Positions 26,951 through 36,298 of a stretch of 64,000 nt of DNA are shown here, piece by piece. The DNA comes from Prevotella sp. (GTDB taxonomy: Bacteria; Bacteroidota; Bacteroidia; Bacteroidales; Bacteroidaceae): contig JAEEXN010000003.1 of NCBI GenBank assembly GCA_016291595.1, forward strand, positions 35,308-99,307, given 5' to 3'. Below the pieces are notes generated by a model, which saw only the letters and a list, made by a program, of their open reading frames with translations, had not been told where the DNA came from and searched no databases. The translations under genes and the position numbers were made by a program. Position 1 is the stretch's first letter; every line of letters begins with the position of its first letter.

Positions 26951-28072
26951 ATGATTTTAAAGAAAATTTCCATCATCAACTATAAGAATATTCAGTCGGC
27001 AACGCTGGAGTTGTCGTCCAAGATGAATTGCTTCATAGGGCATAATGGTGAGGGAAAGACGAATTTTCTGGATGCTGTCTATTATCTCTCGTTCTGCCGC
27101 AGCGCCGGCAATCCCATCGACTCGCAGGTGATTCTCCACGGGCAGGAATTCTTCATGCTCGAGGGCGTCTATGAGAATGAGGCAGGCGACGACGAGTTGG
27201 TCTATTGCGGCATGAAGCGCGGCGCCAAAAAGCATTTCAAGCGTAACAAGAAAGAATACAAGCGCCTGTCGGAACATATCGGTCTGATTCCGCTGATTCT
27301 GGTCTCTCCCTCCGATACGATCATGATTGAGGGCGGGAGCGAGGAGCGGCGCCGGCTGATGGACGTGGTCATCTCGCAATACGACCACGCATACATCGAG
27401 GCGTTGAACCGCTACAACAAAGCGCTTCAACAACGCAACTCGCTGCTGAAAATGGAAGAGGAACCCGACCCCACCTTGATGCAGATTTGGGAGGAGCAGA
27501 TGGCTGCCGAGGGCGAGCTGATTTACCAGAAGCGCAAGATTTTTGTGGAGGAGCTGATTCCCGTCTTTCAGGACATTTACCAGCGCATCTCAGAGGATAA
27601 GGAAAAGGTCTCGCTCAATTATATCTCCCATTGCCAGCGGGGCCCGTTGCTGGAGGTTATCCAGCGCGACCGCCTGAAAGACCGTGCCGTAGGCTACTCC
27701 CTGCATGGGGTGCATCGAGACGACCTGGAGATGCTTTTGGGCGGCTATCCTATGAAGCGCGAGGGTAGCCAGGGGCAGAACAAAACGTTCGTTTTGGCCC
27801 TAAAGCTGGCTCAATTTAACTTCCTGAAACGCACGAACAGCCAGACAACTCCGCTCCTGCTGCTCGATGACATTTTCGACAAGCTGGACGCACGGCGCGT
27901 GGAGCAGATCGTGAAGCTTGTTGCGGGTGAGGGCTTTGGCCAGATATTCATTACCGACACCAACCGCGCCCACCTCGACCAGATATTGCAGCATGGCGAC
28001 TTCGACTACCATCTCTTCCATGTGGAACAGGGACAGATATCCGTCGTCCGGCATCCGACGGACAACTCTTGA
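26951..28072 (+). CDS. recF: DNA replication and repair protein RecF
   Basis: Walker A GHNGEGKTN, G.HRDDL, GSQGQ, LLLDDIFDKLD..R, QIFIT. Confidence 0.96.
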   Translation: MILKKISIINYKNIQSATLELSSKMNCFIGHNGEGKTNFLDAVYYLSFCRSAGNPIDSQVILHGQEFFMLEGVYENEAGDDELVYCGMKRGAKKHFKRNKKEYKRLSEHIGLIPLILVSPSDTIMIEGGSEERRRLMDVVISQYDHAYIEALNRYNKALQQRNSLLKMEEEPDPTLMQIWEEQMAAEGELIYQKRKIFVEELIPVFQDIYQRISEDKEKVSLNYISHCQRGPLLEVIQRDRLKDRAVGYSLHGVHRDDLEMLLGGYPMKREGSQGQNKTFVLALKLAQFNFLKRTNSQTTPLLLLDDIFDKLDARRVEQIVKLVAGEGFGQIFITDTNRAHLDQILQHGDFDYHLFHVEQGQISVVRHPTDNS

Positions 28073-28113
28073 TACAGTTTACATTTTGTTCATCTCTAAG
28101 TGTATTTTCTCTT

Positions 28114-28404
28114 ATGTTTAAAAGAAATGTACAGACACTCGACAACGTGATTAATCAGTTCCTCCGTAAAGAGGGATTGGAGACGCCGTTGCTGCAGAAA
28201 CGCCTGATAGACGCATGGGAGACAGTTACCGGCGCAGTGGTAGAGAGATATACGGGTGAGAAGTTTATCAAGAACCAGACATTGTTCGTGAAAATCAACA
28301 ATCCAGCCCTGCGCTCCGACCTGTCGATGATGCGGTCGGAACTGGTGAGAAAGCTGAATGCTGAAGTAGGGAGTATGCTGATTACCGACGTGAGAATTTT
28401 CTGA
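28114..28404 (+). CDS. DUF721 / DciA family protein
   Basis: Follows recF; W..V.G, LFVKI.NPALRSDL. Confidence 0.85.
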   Translation: MFKRNVQTLDNVINQFLRKEGLETPLLQKRLIDAWETVTGAVVERYTGEKFIKNQTLFVKINNPALRSDLSMMRSELVRKLNAEVGSMLITDVRIF

Positions 28405-28476
28405 CAACAGGACTCATTCAGATGTAACAATTTTCTGACAACTGAAAATGAGTTCCAGATGTAAATATTCTTCTGA
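28395..28476. repeat. Tandem re-duplication of the DUF721 gene end
   Basis: AATTTTCTGACAAC at 28395 and 28429; CAGATGTAA at 28419 and 28456; degenerate third copy at 28467. Confidence 0.75.
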
Positions 28477-28514
28477 GGACTAAATTAATTACGGACGTAA
28501 AAAACTGCTGAAAG

Positions 28515-29045
28515 CTAAATCACCTCATCCACCTTCATGTCGTTCTCCTCTGCCGGAATTCCGGGCAGCTTCTGGAACGGGAAACAGACACCAATCTTAT
28601 AGGCTTGTGGAATCTTTGGAAGGAAACGGTCGTAGTAGCCTTTTCCACGCCCTAGCCGGTTGCATTGCAGGTCGAAACTCATTCCCGGCACGACGGCTAC
28701 GTCAATGGCCTCGTATCCCGTGAACGTTCTGCCGATGGGCTCCATGATGTCGAAGAAGCCGCCCATCAGGTCCTTCGGTCCTTCGTAATAGCGTATTTCC
28801 ATCTCTGTGTCGCTTATGACGGCAGGCAGGAGAATGGTCTTGCCCTCGGCCAGCAACTCGTCTATCACCTTGTGCGTGTTCACCTCGTCGGCCAGCGAGT
28901 AATACATCAGGATGGTCTTGGCGGCCTTCACGCGCGGGTGGGCCTTCAGCTTCTTGATGACCGGGAGCGACAACTCCTCCAACTGTTCGTTGGTAAATTG
29001 CTGCTTCTGCATGCGGATGTATTTTCTGAGGTCTTTCTTGTTCAT
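28515..29045 (-). CDS. 5-formyltetrahydrofolate cyclo-ligase
   Basis: K..LR, EV.T, I.EP, VVPG..FD..CNRLGRGKGYYDR. Confidence 0.94.
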   Translation of the reverse strand: MNKKDLRKYIRMQKQQFTNEQLEELSLPVIKKLKAHPRVKAAKTILMYYSLADEVNTHKVIDELLAEGKTILLPAVISDTEMEIRYYEGPKDLMGGFFDIMEPIGRTFTGYEAIDVAVVPGMSFDLQCNRLGRGKGYYDRFLPKIPQAYKIGVCFPFQKLPGIPAEENDMKVDEVI

Positions 29046-29087
29046 GGGCGAAAGGCTGCGGGTTTAGTTGGGTGAAAGGTGGTGAGG

Positions 29088-29192
29088 GCAGAGAGCCTCT
29101 TTATTCTTGCAGGGAGCATCTCGATTCGAGTCGAGGGCCCCTCTATTTGAGCAGAGAGCCCCTCCGTTCGGGTAGAGAGCCCATTTCTTCTT
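29088..29192. repeat. Degenerate 21-bp tandem repeat x5 (consensus near GCAGAGAGCCCCTCTATTCGA)
   Basis: Units start at 29088, 29109, 29130, 29151 and 29172. Confidence 0.75.
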
Positions 29193-29211
29193 GGCTTGTG
29201 TGGACGAGCTC

Positions 29212-30930
29212 TTAGCTGATGGCGACCAGATTGGGGCAGGATAGGGGAAGATGCTCGTACGGCATTTTTCCTCCTACTGCAACCTTCTTGTTCTCCTCAG
29301 GCTTGGGCTCGGGCTTCTTGGGGAAAGCCTCATTGTTCTGGAACACCTGCGTAGCGGCCTTGATGACCGGGTCGTCGATGTTCAGATAGCGGTTCCACGC
29401 GCTCTCGTCCAAGATGTTGTAGATGATGCGGCTGTTGATGTAGCGCTCCAACAACTTGTGCGACTTCATGATCATCAGGTTGCGGCGTTTCAGTCCGTGC
29501 TGGTCGGCATAGGTGGCGAACTTGTCAACCGTGTTCTGTCTCACCAGATAGTCCGAAAGTTCCATCATCTCCTTGAAGTTGTTCAGTTTCAGACGGTTGT
29601 CATCGGTATAGGTGAATGCGAACTGCAGGATGAGCCCGCTCATGCTGGCCTGCTTGTAGTAGGAGGTCATGCCGAGCGTGTCTTCCGGAACAAAGATGTC
29701 AGGCGTGATGCCACCGCCACCGTAGACAGTACGGCCGATGCTTGTCTTATAGGCTGGACCCGTATGCTTGATGCTGTCCTGGTTGAAGAACTCACCGTGC
29801 TGGTATCTCGTGATGAGGTCCTGCTCGTAGTTCTTGTCGCCGCCAGCCGCATAGGGTTTCTGGATGCAACGGCCCGACGGGGTGTAGTAACGGGCAACGG
29901 TTAGGCGGATGAGCGAGCCGTCGGCAAACGGCAGCTGCTGCTGAACAAGACCCTTACCAAACGAGCGGCGTCCGATGATGGTTCCACGGGCGTTGTCCTG
30001 AATGGCTCCGGCGAAAATCTCGGATGCGGAGGCCGAGCCCTCGTTGATGAGCACCACAAGCGGAATCTTCTGGTAGCTTCCGCGCCCGTCGCTACGATAG
30101 TCGTGGCGCGGCGACTTGCGGCCCTGGGTGTAGACAATCAGGCGGTCCTTCGGCAGGAACTCGTTCACCATCTGCACGGCCGACTGGAGGTAGCCTCCGG
30201 TGTTGTCGCGCAAGTCGATGATCAGATTCTCGAATCCCTCTTGCGAGAGTTTGGCCAGCGAGATGAGCAGGTCGGAATAGGTGGTCTCGCCGAAACTCTT
30301 GATGCGGATGTAGCCCGTTGTCTCGTCGAGCATGTAGGTGGCGCTGATACTCTTCACAGGAATGTCGCCGCGGGTAACGGTAAAGAACTGCTCCTTCTTC
30401 GAACCGTAGCGCAGGATGCCCAGCTTCACCTTCGTGTCCTTCGGTCCTTTCAGCCGGTGCATGGCCTCCTCGTTTGTGACAATCTTTCCCACGAAGGGCT
30501 TGTCGTCGATGCTCACGATCTTGTCGCCCGCCACGATGCCCGCACGCTCGGCAGGTCCATTGCTGATGACGTTCTGCACGTGGATGGTGTCCTCGCGGAT
30601 GGTGAACTCGATGCCCACGCCCGAGAACGAGCCTTTCAGGTCGTCGGTGGCTATCTGCACGTCCTTGGCATTAATGTAGACGGAGTGGGGGTCCAGCTCC
30701 GCCAGGATGAGCGGAATGGCCTTCTCGACCAGCGAGTCGACGTTGACCGTGTCCACATACTGGTCGTCGACAATATGCAGGATGTTGTTAAGTCGGTTGC
30801 TGCCGCTGTTGATGATGTTCAGGCGGTTGCCTGAGAAATGATTGGTATAGAATGTTCCAATCAGAATACCCACCACGACGCAGAACGCCATGATGACGGG
30901 CAGGTAGCGATTTGTCTTATTTTGTGCCAT
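29212..30930 (-). CDS. S41 family C-terminal processing peptidase with PDZ domain
   Basis: LDPHS.Y, FSGVGI, IIDLRDNTGG, SASASEI.AGA, SFGKGLVQ, ARYYTPSGR. Confidence 0.94.
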   Translation of the reverse strand: MAQNKTNRYLPVIMAFCVVVGILIGTFYTNHFSGNRLNIINSGSNRLNNILHIVDDQYVDTVNVDSLVEKAIPLILAELDPHSVYINAKDVQIATDDLKGSFSGVGIEFTIREDTIHVQNVISNGPAERAGIVAGDKIVSIDDKPFVGKIVTNEEAMHRLKGPKDTKVKLGILRYGSKKEQFFTVTRGDIPVKSISATYMLDETTGYIRIKSFGETTYSDLLISLAKLSQEGFENLIIDLRDNTGGYLQSAVQMVNEFLPKDRLIVYTQGRKSPRHDYRSDGRGSYQKIPLVVLINEGSASASEIFAGAIQDNARGTIIGRRSFGKGLVQQQLPFADGSLIRLTVARYYTPSGRCIQKPYAAGGDKNYEQDLITRYQHGEFFNQDSIKHTGPAYKTSIGRTVYGGGGITPDIFVPEDTLGMTSYYKQASMSGLILQFAFTYTDDNRLKLNNFKEMMELSDYLVRQNTVDKFATYADQHGLKRRNLMIMKSHKLLERYINSRIIYNILDESAWNRYLNIDDPVIKAATQVFQNNEAFPKKPEPKPEENKKVAVGGKMPYEHLPLSCPNLVAIS

Positions 30931-30981
30931 CTATTCTTTATAACTGATCGTTGTATGTTTGATACTTTATCACTTCTTGCT

Positions 30982-31425
30982 TTACTCCTTATCATCCTTG
31001 TCCACTTCCATCAGCACCACCTCGATGCCGGCGCGGCGGAGCAGGTCGATGCCGTCGGTCAGGCGGTATTGCTCGCCGTAGACCACCCGTTTGATGCCTG
31101 CCTGGATGATAAGCTTGGCGCACTCGATGCAAGGCGAGGCGGTGACATAGAGCGTCGAGCCGTCGCTGTTGTTCGAGCTGCGCGCGAGCTTGGTGATGGC
31201 GTTTGCCTCTGCATGCAGCACGTAAGGCTTGGTCACGTTGTTGTCGTCCTCGCAGACGTTCTCGAATCCGCTGGGCGTACCATTGTAGCCATCGCTGATT
31301 ATCATCTTATCTTTCACCACCAGGGCGCCCACCTGCCGCCGCTGGCAATAGCTGTTCTCGGCCCAAATCTGCGCCATACGCAGGTAGCGCTGGTCAAGCT
31401 TTCTTTGTTTTTCGTTTGATTCCAT
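30982..31425 (-). CDS. dCMP deaminase
   Basis: S.C.RRQVGA, GYNG, HAEANAI, SPC..CAK. Confidence 0.93.
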   Translation of the reverse strand: MESNEKQRKLDQRYLRMAQIWAENSYCQRRQVGALVVKDKMIISDGYNGTPSGFENVCEDDNNVTKPYVLHAEANAITKLARSSNNSDGSTLYVTASPCIECAKLIIQAGIKRVVYGEQYRLTDGIDLLRRAGIEVVLMEVDKDDKE

Positions 31426-33508
31426 TTCGTTTCAGTAATGCATCGATGGTTGGCTCGCCGCCGCGGAACCGCTTGTAGAGCGTCATAGGGTGCTCGGTGC
31501 CGCCCTTGCTCAGGATGCAGTCGCGGAAGCGCTGGGCTGTCTGTGGGTTGAAGATTCCCTCTTTCTGGAACACCGCGAAGGCGTCGGCGTCCAACACTTC
31601 TGCCCATTTGTAGCTGTAGTAGCCTGCGGCATAGCCGCCTGCCATAATGTGAGAGAATTGTACGGTCATGCAAGTATCGGGCAGCTGGCGGGTCACCATA
31701 GCCCGTTTCCAAGCATGCTTCTCAAACGGGATGATATCGTCGTTGAACTCGTCTTTCTTTGTATAATATGCCATATCGAGCAGTCCGAAGCTCACCTGGC
31801 GCAGGCATCCGTATGCTGCCATGAAATTGCGGCTCTTCCTGATGCGGTCGATCAGCTCGTCGGGCAGCGGCTCGCCTGTCTGGTAGTGGTAGGCAAACGT
31901 GCGCAGGAACTCTTTCTCGATGGCATAGTTCTCCATAAACTGTGAGGGCAGCTCGACGAAGTCCCACCATACGTTGGTGCCGCTGAGGCTCTCGAAGCGT
32001 GTGTTGGCAAACATGCCGTGAAGCGAGTGGCCGAACTCGTGGAGGAAGGTCTCCACCTCGCCGAGCGTCAGCAGCGCCGGCTTCTCGTCGGTAGGCTTCG
32101 TGAAGTTCATCACCACGCTCACATGCGGCCGCACATTCTCGCCCTTGCGGCTGATGTATTGTCCTTGATACTCGGTCATCCAGGCGCCGCCCTGCTTGCC
32201 CTTGCGCGGATGGAAGTCGGCGTAGAACACGGCCAGGTAGGAACCGTCGCGGTCGAACACCTCGTAGGCCTTCACGTCGGGGTGGTAGACGGGGATGTCG
32301 CTGTTTTCCTTGAAGGTGATGCCGTAGAGGCGGTTGGCGAGTCCGAAGACGCCCTCGATGACGCGGCTCAGCTCGAAGTAGGGTCGCAGCATCTCGGCAT
32401 CGATGTTGTATTTCCTCAGCTGCAGCTTGTGCGAGTAGAACGCGAAGTCCCAGGGCTCCATAACTTGCCGGCTGCCGGCTGTCTCGGCTCGAGAGCTGCC
32501 CCGTTTTCCGCCCTCAGCCTTCAAAAACATCCTCTCGAGCGCCTCCACCTCTTTCTCAGCGGTGGGCTTGTAGGCGTCGATCAGCTGGTCGAGCAGGCGA
32601 TACACGTTGCGCACGTTGGTGGCCATACGATGCTTGAGCACGTAGTCGGCATAGGTTCTGTAGCCCAGCAGCTGGGCAATCTCGCGGCGCAGGTTGATGA
32701 GCCGCTTGCATATTTCGAGGTTGTTTTCCGCGTTGTCGTGGATGCACACCTGGTTCTTGGCCATATACATCTGCCGGCGCAGCTCACGCTGGGTGCTGTA
32801 GGTCATGAACGGACCGTAGCTGGGCTGGTCGAGGGTGAACACCCATCCCTGCAAGTCGCGCTCCTTGGCGTTCTGGGCGGCAGCCTCGCGGGCGGTCTCG
32901 GGCAGTCCGTCGAGCTGGGCCTCGTCGGTAATGTGAAGCGTGAACGCCTTGTTCTCTTTCAGCAGGTTCTGCGAGAACTGTAGCGACAGCATCGAGGCCT
33001 CCTCGGTAAGCTTGCGCAGCTGTTCCTTACCAGTGTCGTCGAGCAACGCTCCGCTCCGAACGAACCCGTCGTAGCAGTTGTCGAGTAGCATTTTCTCCTC
33101 GGGAGTGAGCCGGCGGTGGTGCAGGTGTACGGCCTTGATGCGCTCGAAAAGGCGTTTGTTGAGCCTCACGTCGTTGGCGTGCTGGGTGAGTATCGGCTGC
33201 ATCTTCTGCGCCAGGGCGTCCATCTCGTCGTTCGTCTCGGCACTCAGCAGGTTGAAGAATACGGTTGATACACGGTCGAGCAGGTCGTAGTATCCCTCGC
33301 GGTCCTCGTCCTTGTTGATGATGGTGTTGTCGAAGGTCGGCTTGTCGGGATTGTTGATAGTCTTCTCTATCTGCTCGTTGTCACGGCGTATGCCCTCCAT
33401 GAATGCCTCCTCGTAGTCGCTCATGCTGATACGGTCGAAGGGCGCTGTGTCGTGGGGTGTCTTATATTCTTCGAAAAAGGGATTTATTCTTGTAGCTTTC
33501 TCTGTCAT
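31394..33508 (-). CDS. dcp: M3 family metallopeptidase (peptidyl-dipeptidase Dcp)
   Basis: FLHEFGHSLH, DFVELPSQF.E, FSHI..GGYAAGYYSYKWAEVLDAD. Confidence 0.92.
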   Translation of the reverse strand: MTEKATRINPFFEEYKTPHDTAPFDRISMSDYEEAFMEGIRRDNEQIEKTINNPDKPTFDNTIINKDEDREGYYDLLDRVSTVFFNLLSAETNDEMDALAQKMQPILTQHANDVRLNKRLFERIKAVHLHHRRLTPEEKMLLDNCYDGFVRSGALLDDTGKEQLRKLTEEASMLSLQFSQNLLKENKAFTLHITDEAQLDGLPETAREAAAQNAKERDLQGWVFTLDQPSYGPFMTYSTQRELRRQMYMAKNQVCIHDNAENNLEICKRLINLRREIAQLLGYRTYADYVLKHRMATNVRNVYRLLDQLIDAYKPTAEKEVEALERMFLKAEGGKRGSSRAETAGSRQVMEPWDFAFYSHKLQLRKYNIDAEMLRPYFELSRVIEGVFGLANRLYGITFKENSDIPVYHPDVKAYEVFDRDGSYLAVFYADFHPRKGKQGGAWMTEYQGQYISRKGENVRPHVSVVMNFTKPTDEKPALLTLGEVETFLHEFGHSLHGMFANTRFESLSGTNVWWDFVELPSQFMENYAIEKEFLRTFAYHYQTGEPLPDELIDRIRKSRNFMAAYGCLRQVSFGLLDMAYYTKKDEFNDDIIPFEKHAWKRAMVTRQLPDTCMTVQFSHIMAGGYAAGYYSYKWAEVLDADAFAVFQKEGIFNPQTAQRFRDCILSKGGTEHPMTLYKRFRGGEPTIDALLKRNGIKRKTKKA

Positions 33509-34135
33509 CTTTTCATCATACCAAATGATTCAACATGCAAAGATACGGCAAATAATCCGATATGCCTTCATTCTCTCTTATTTTTAACGAAAATTATTCT
33601 CATTCCTCACGAATATTTCCTTGGTTTGTCCACTCTTAGCCGATAACTGCACATTCTTAACCGTAAACTATGCGTTTCCCGCTGTGCCTGAGGGCGTCGT
33701 GGAGTTGCTTCCAACTTGCGCCGGAGACGATATTGTGATGAAATCCCAAGGCTTTCCTCTTGCCTTTGCAAGAATAGTTGCACAAGTTTCTTCAGCTCTG
33801 TCTCGTTGCGCAGGCGATATTGTGACAAATTCCCTCTACAAAATTGGACAATTGCTCCTTAAAAACTCTCACTTTCTGCCACCAAATGTATATCTTCATG
33901 CTCGATTCCTTTCCAATGAGGTTGGGATTGTGAAATTTTGCGCAACTCAAAAATGCGCCAAATAGAGGAAAAACCATCGGAACGAGGGGCTTTTGCACGT
34001 TTTTTGATGTCAGAGAGAGCTGGTTTTTGATGGATTTTGTGCTTTTTGCAGGTTTGGCATCTGAAGGATAGAAGGATTGAAAATGAAGTATCTCCTTGAT
34101 AATCAGCTTATTAGATGAATTAATAATGACCGAGC

Positions 34136-34281
34136 GTTACAGTTACAGTTGTTACAGTTGTTTTTTCGAAGGTGTCAGTTTCCTTATATTTATATATAAC
34201 TATCTATATATCAATTATTTATATAGATTTAAAGAAAGGGTACATACCTCATTTTTTAACTGTAACAACTGTAACTGTAAC
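34136..34281. repeat. Perfect 24-bp inverted repeat built from GTTACA units around an AT-rich 98-bp core
   Basis: GTTACAGTTACAGTTGTTACAGTT (34136-34159) and AACTGTAACAACTGTAACTGTAAC (34258-34281). Confidence 0.92.
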
Positions 34282-34387
34282 ATTCTGTCCAGGATTACTC
34301 ACTCACACTTCTTCTACAAGGCCTTTGCTTTTCTCTGATGAATTCAGAATCTTTGCAAGGTAGTAGAGAGATACGGCAGGGGTGAAT

Positions 34388-36016
34388 CTATTTGGCGATT
34401 CTCAGTACGGGTACGATTTTGTTGCAAGGCTCAGGCAGGCTGACCGTCAGCGCCTCAGCGGTTTGCTTGGCTTTCAGCTTTCCGTAGCCCAGCAGGTGGA
34501 CAGAGGAGATGGATTTGCGGAAATGCTTGTTGCCTTTGGCCAGCGACTTGATGACGAGCTTGCCGTCTGCGGGCCATCCCATAGCGGTGGCGTAGAGATA
34601 CTTCTTGGTCTGGTTGAACCTGATGTCGCGGGCGTCCATGTTGCCGTACTGGCTGTCGTTGAATCCCTGGGCGCTGAGCTTGATGTCCTTATCGGCCACG
34701 GGTCCCTCGCCGAATCTCACCCACGGGCGCGTGCCGAAGATGCTCTCGCCGTTGACCGTCATCCAAGCCTCCAGGTCGTCTAGTATCCGCGCCTCTTTCT
34801 CGTCGTAGGTGCCGTCAGCCCGCAGGGGAATGGAGAGCAGCAGGTTGCCGTTTTTCGACACGATGTCGACCAGCTGTTTCACCACGGTGGCTGCCGATTT
34901 GTAGCGGTCGCGCTCGTAGATGGAGGTGTTATAATGCCATCCGCCGATGCAGTTGCAAGTCTGCCAGGGCTCAGGAATGATCTCGTTGGGTGCGCCCCGC
35001 TCTACGTCCCAGGTGAGCGCCTTGCGCTGATGCTCGTTCAGAATCTTGCCGAAGACGACCGCCCTCGGGTTCTTGTTGTAGAGGTGGGTGGTGATTCGCA
35101 GGCCACAGTCGCTGAAGTCGTAGAAGGGCAGCACAGTCACGTCGAAGTAGATCAGGTCGGGCTGATAGCGGTTAATAGCGTCGAGGGTGCGGTCGTAGAA
35201 ATTGGTGACGAACTCCTGCGAGGGCAGGTTGGCGCCGTGGGTCCAGTCCCATTGGCTATGCAGTTGCTCGTTGCTCCACGAGCGGTCACTCATCTCGTGG
35301 TTCTGCTGGTAGAGCATCTGCGGGTCCAGTCCTTCCCACCATTTGCCTTTGCCGTCGGTCTTCGTCAGCTTGCCGTCGTAGTAGACACCCGCCTTCGGGC
35401 CGCGCTGGTCGTAGCGTTGGGCAGGCTCGTACCAGGTCCAGGCATGGTCGGCATGAAACGAGATGCCCAGCGGCAGACCGTATTTCTTTGCAGCCTTTGC
35501 CCAGCCCTCCAGAATGTCTTTCCGCGGGCCGATGTTTACCGAGTTCCAAGGCTGGTATTTCGAGTCCCATAGGTCGAAGTTGTCGTGGTGGTTGCCGAGG
35601 ACGAAGAAGTATTGTGCACCACACCGATTGTATCGCTCCACAAGTTTCTCAGGGTCCCATTTCTCGGCTTTGAAGAGTGGCAGGATATCTTTGAATCCCA
35701 CCTCCGACGGGTGGCCGTAGTGCTCGAGATGGTACTTGTACTTGCTGCTCCCCTCGATATACATCTCGCGGGCCATCCAGTCGCCGCTGCCCTCGACACA
35801 CTGGGGTCCCCAATGTGCCCAGATGCCGAACTTCGCGTTGCGGAACCACTCGGGCGTCTGGTGGGTCTCGAGCGACTGCCATGTGGGTTGATACTTGCCT
35901 GTCTGCATCTGCTCGTGCTCCTCAGATACAGGCACCTGATAGGCTGTTTGTGCCGTCGCTGCCGTCGTTCCGAATAGGCAGAGGCACAGGAATAAAACTG
36001 CGTATAATCTTTTCAT
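34388..36016 (-). CDS. Alpha-L-fucosidase, GH29
   Basis: Signal peptide; PEWFRNAKFGIWAHWG, HHDNFDLWDS, PDLIYFD, DIVSKNGNLLL. Confidence 0.92.
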   Translation of the reverse strand: MKRLYAVLFLCLCLFGTTAATAQTAYQVPVSEEHEQMQTGKYQPTWQSLETHQTPEWFRNAKFGIWAHWGPQCVEGSGDWMAREMYIEGSSKYKYHLEHYGHPSEVGFKDILPLFKAEKWDPEKLVERYNRCGAQYFFVLGNHHDNFDLWDSKYQPWNSVNIGPRKDILEGWAKAAKKYGLPLGISFHADHAWTWYEPAQRYDQRGPKAGVYYDGKLTKTDGKGKWWEGLDPQMLYQQNHEMSDRSWSNEQLHSQWDWTHGANLPSQEFVTNFYDRTLDAINRYQPDLIYFDVTVLPFYDFSDCGLRITTHLYNKNPRAVVFGKILNEHQRKALTWDVERGAPNEIIPEPWQTCNCIGGWHYNTSIYERDRYKSAATVVKQLVDIVSKNGNLLLSIPLRADGTYDEKEARILDDLEAWMTVNGESIFGTRPWVRFGEGPVADKDIKLSAQGFNDSQYGNMDARDIRFNQTKKYLYATAMGWPADGKLVIKSLAKGNKHFRKSISSVHLLGYGKLKAKQTAEALTVSLPEPCNKIVPVLRIAK

Positions 36017-36298
36017 GTGGCAAATATACAAAAAAATACAGCTGGCAAAGCGTGTGTTGCTTGCTTTTTTCCACTTCTTTTCTCTATTCTCTGCTAAAAA
36101 ATCGTCATTTCGGAGCCCGATAGTCGCCGAATCCGTTTTTTATCTGTATATTTGTGGCGAAATTACGTGTTTTTTGATGAGCGTATGATACAAAATAATA
36201 AGATTGTGACTTTGTGTGGAAATATCCGCCGCGCGATTGCCTACGCCACAAACTCGGGCAAGAAGGAGAACTGTCGGGAACGTAAGGAGGAGTGAGCT

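Noticed and set aside
34087-34112. dif/Xer-like site from the TTGATAATCAG dyad (similar to 60379-60403)
   Set aside because: Does not match the 11-6-11 dif layout convincingly and is too short to support by eye
33607-34363. Short ORFs of 63-114 aa in the dcp-GH29 gap
   Set aside because: Overlap repeats and AT-rich tracts, conflict between frames, and have no recognisable protein features
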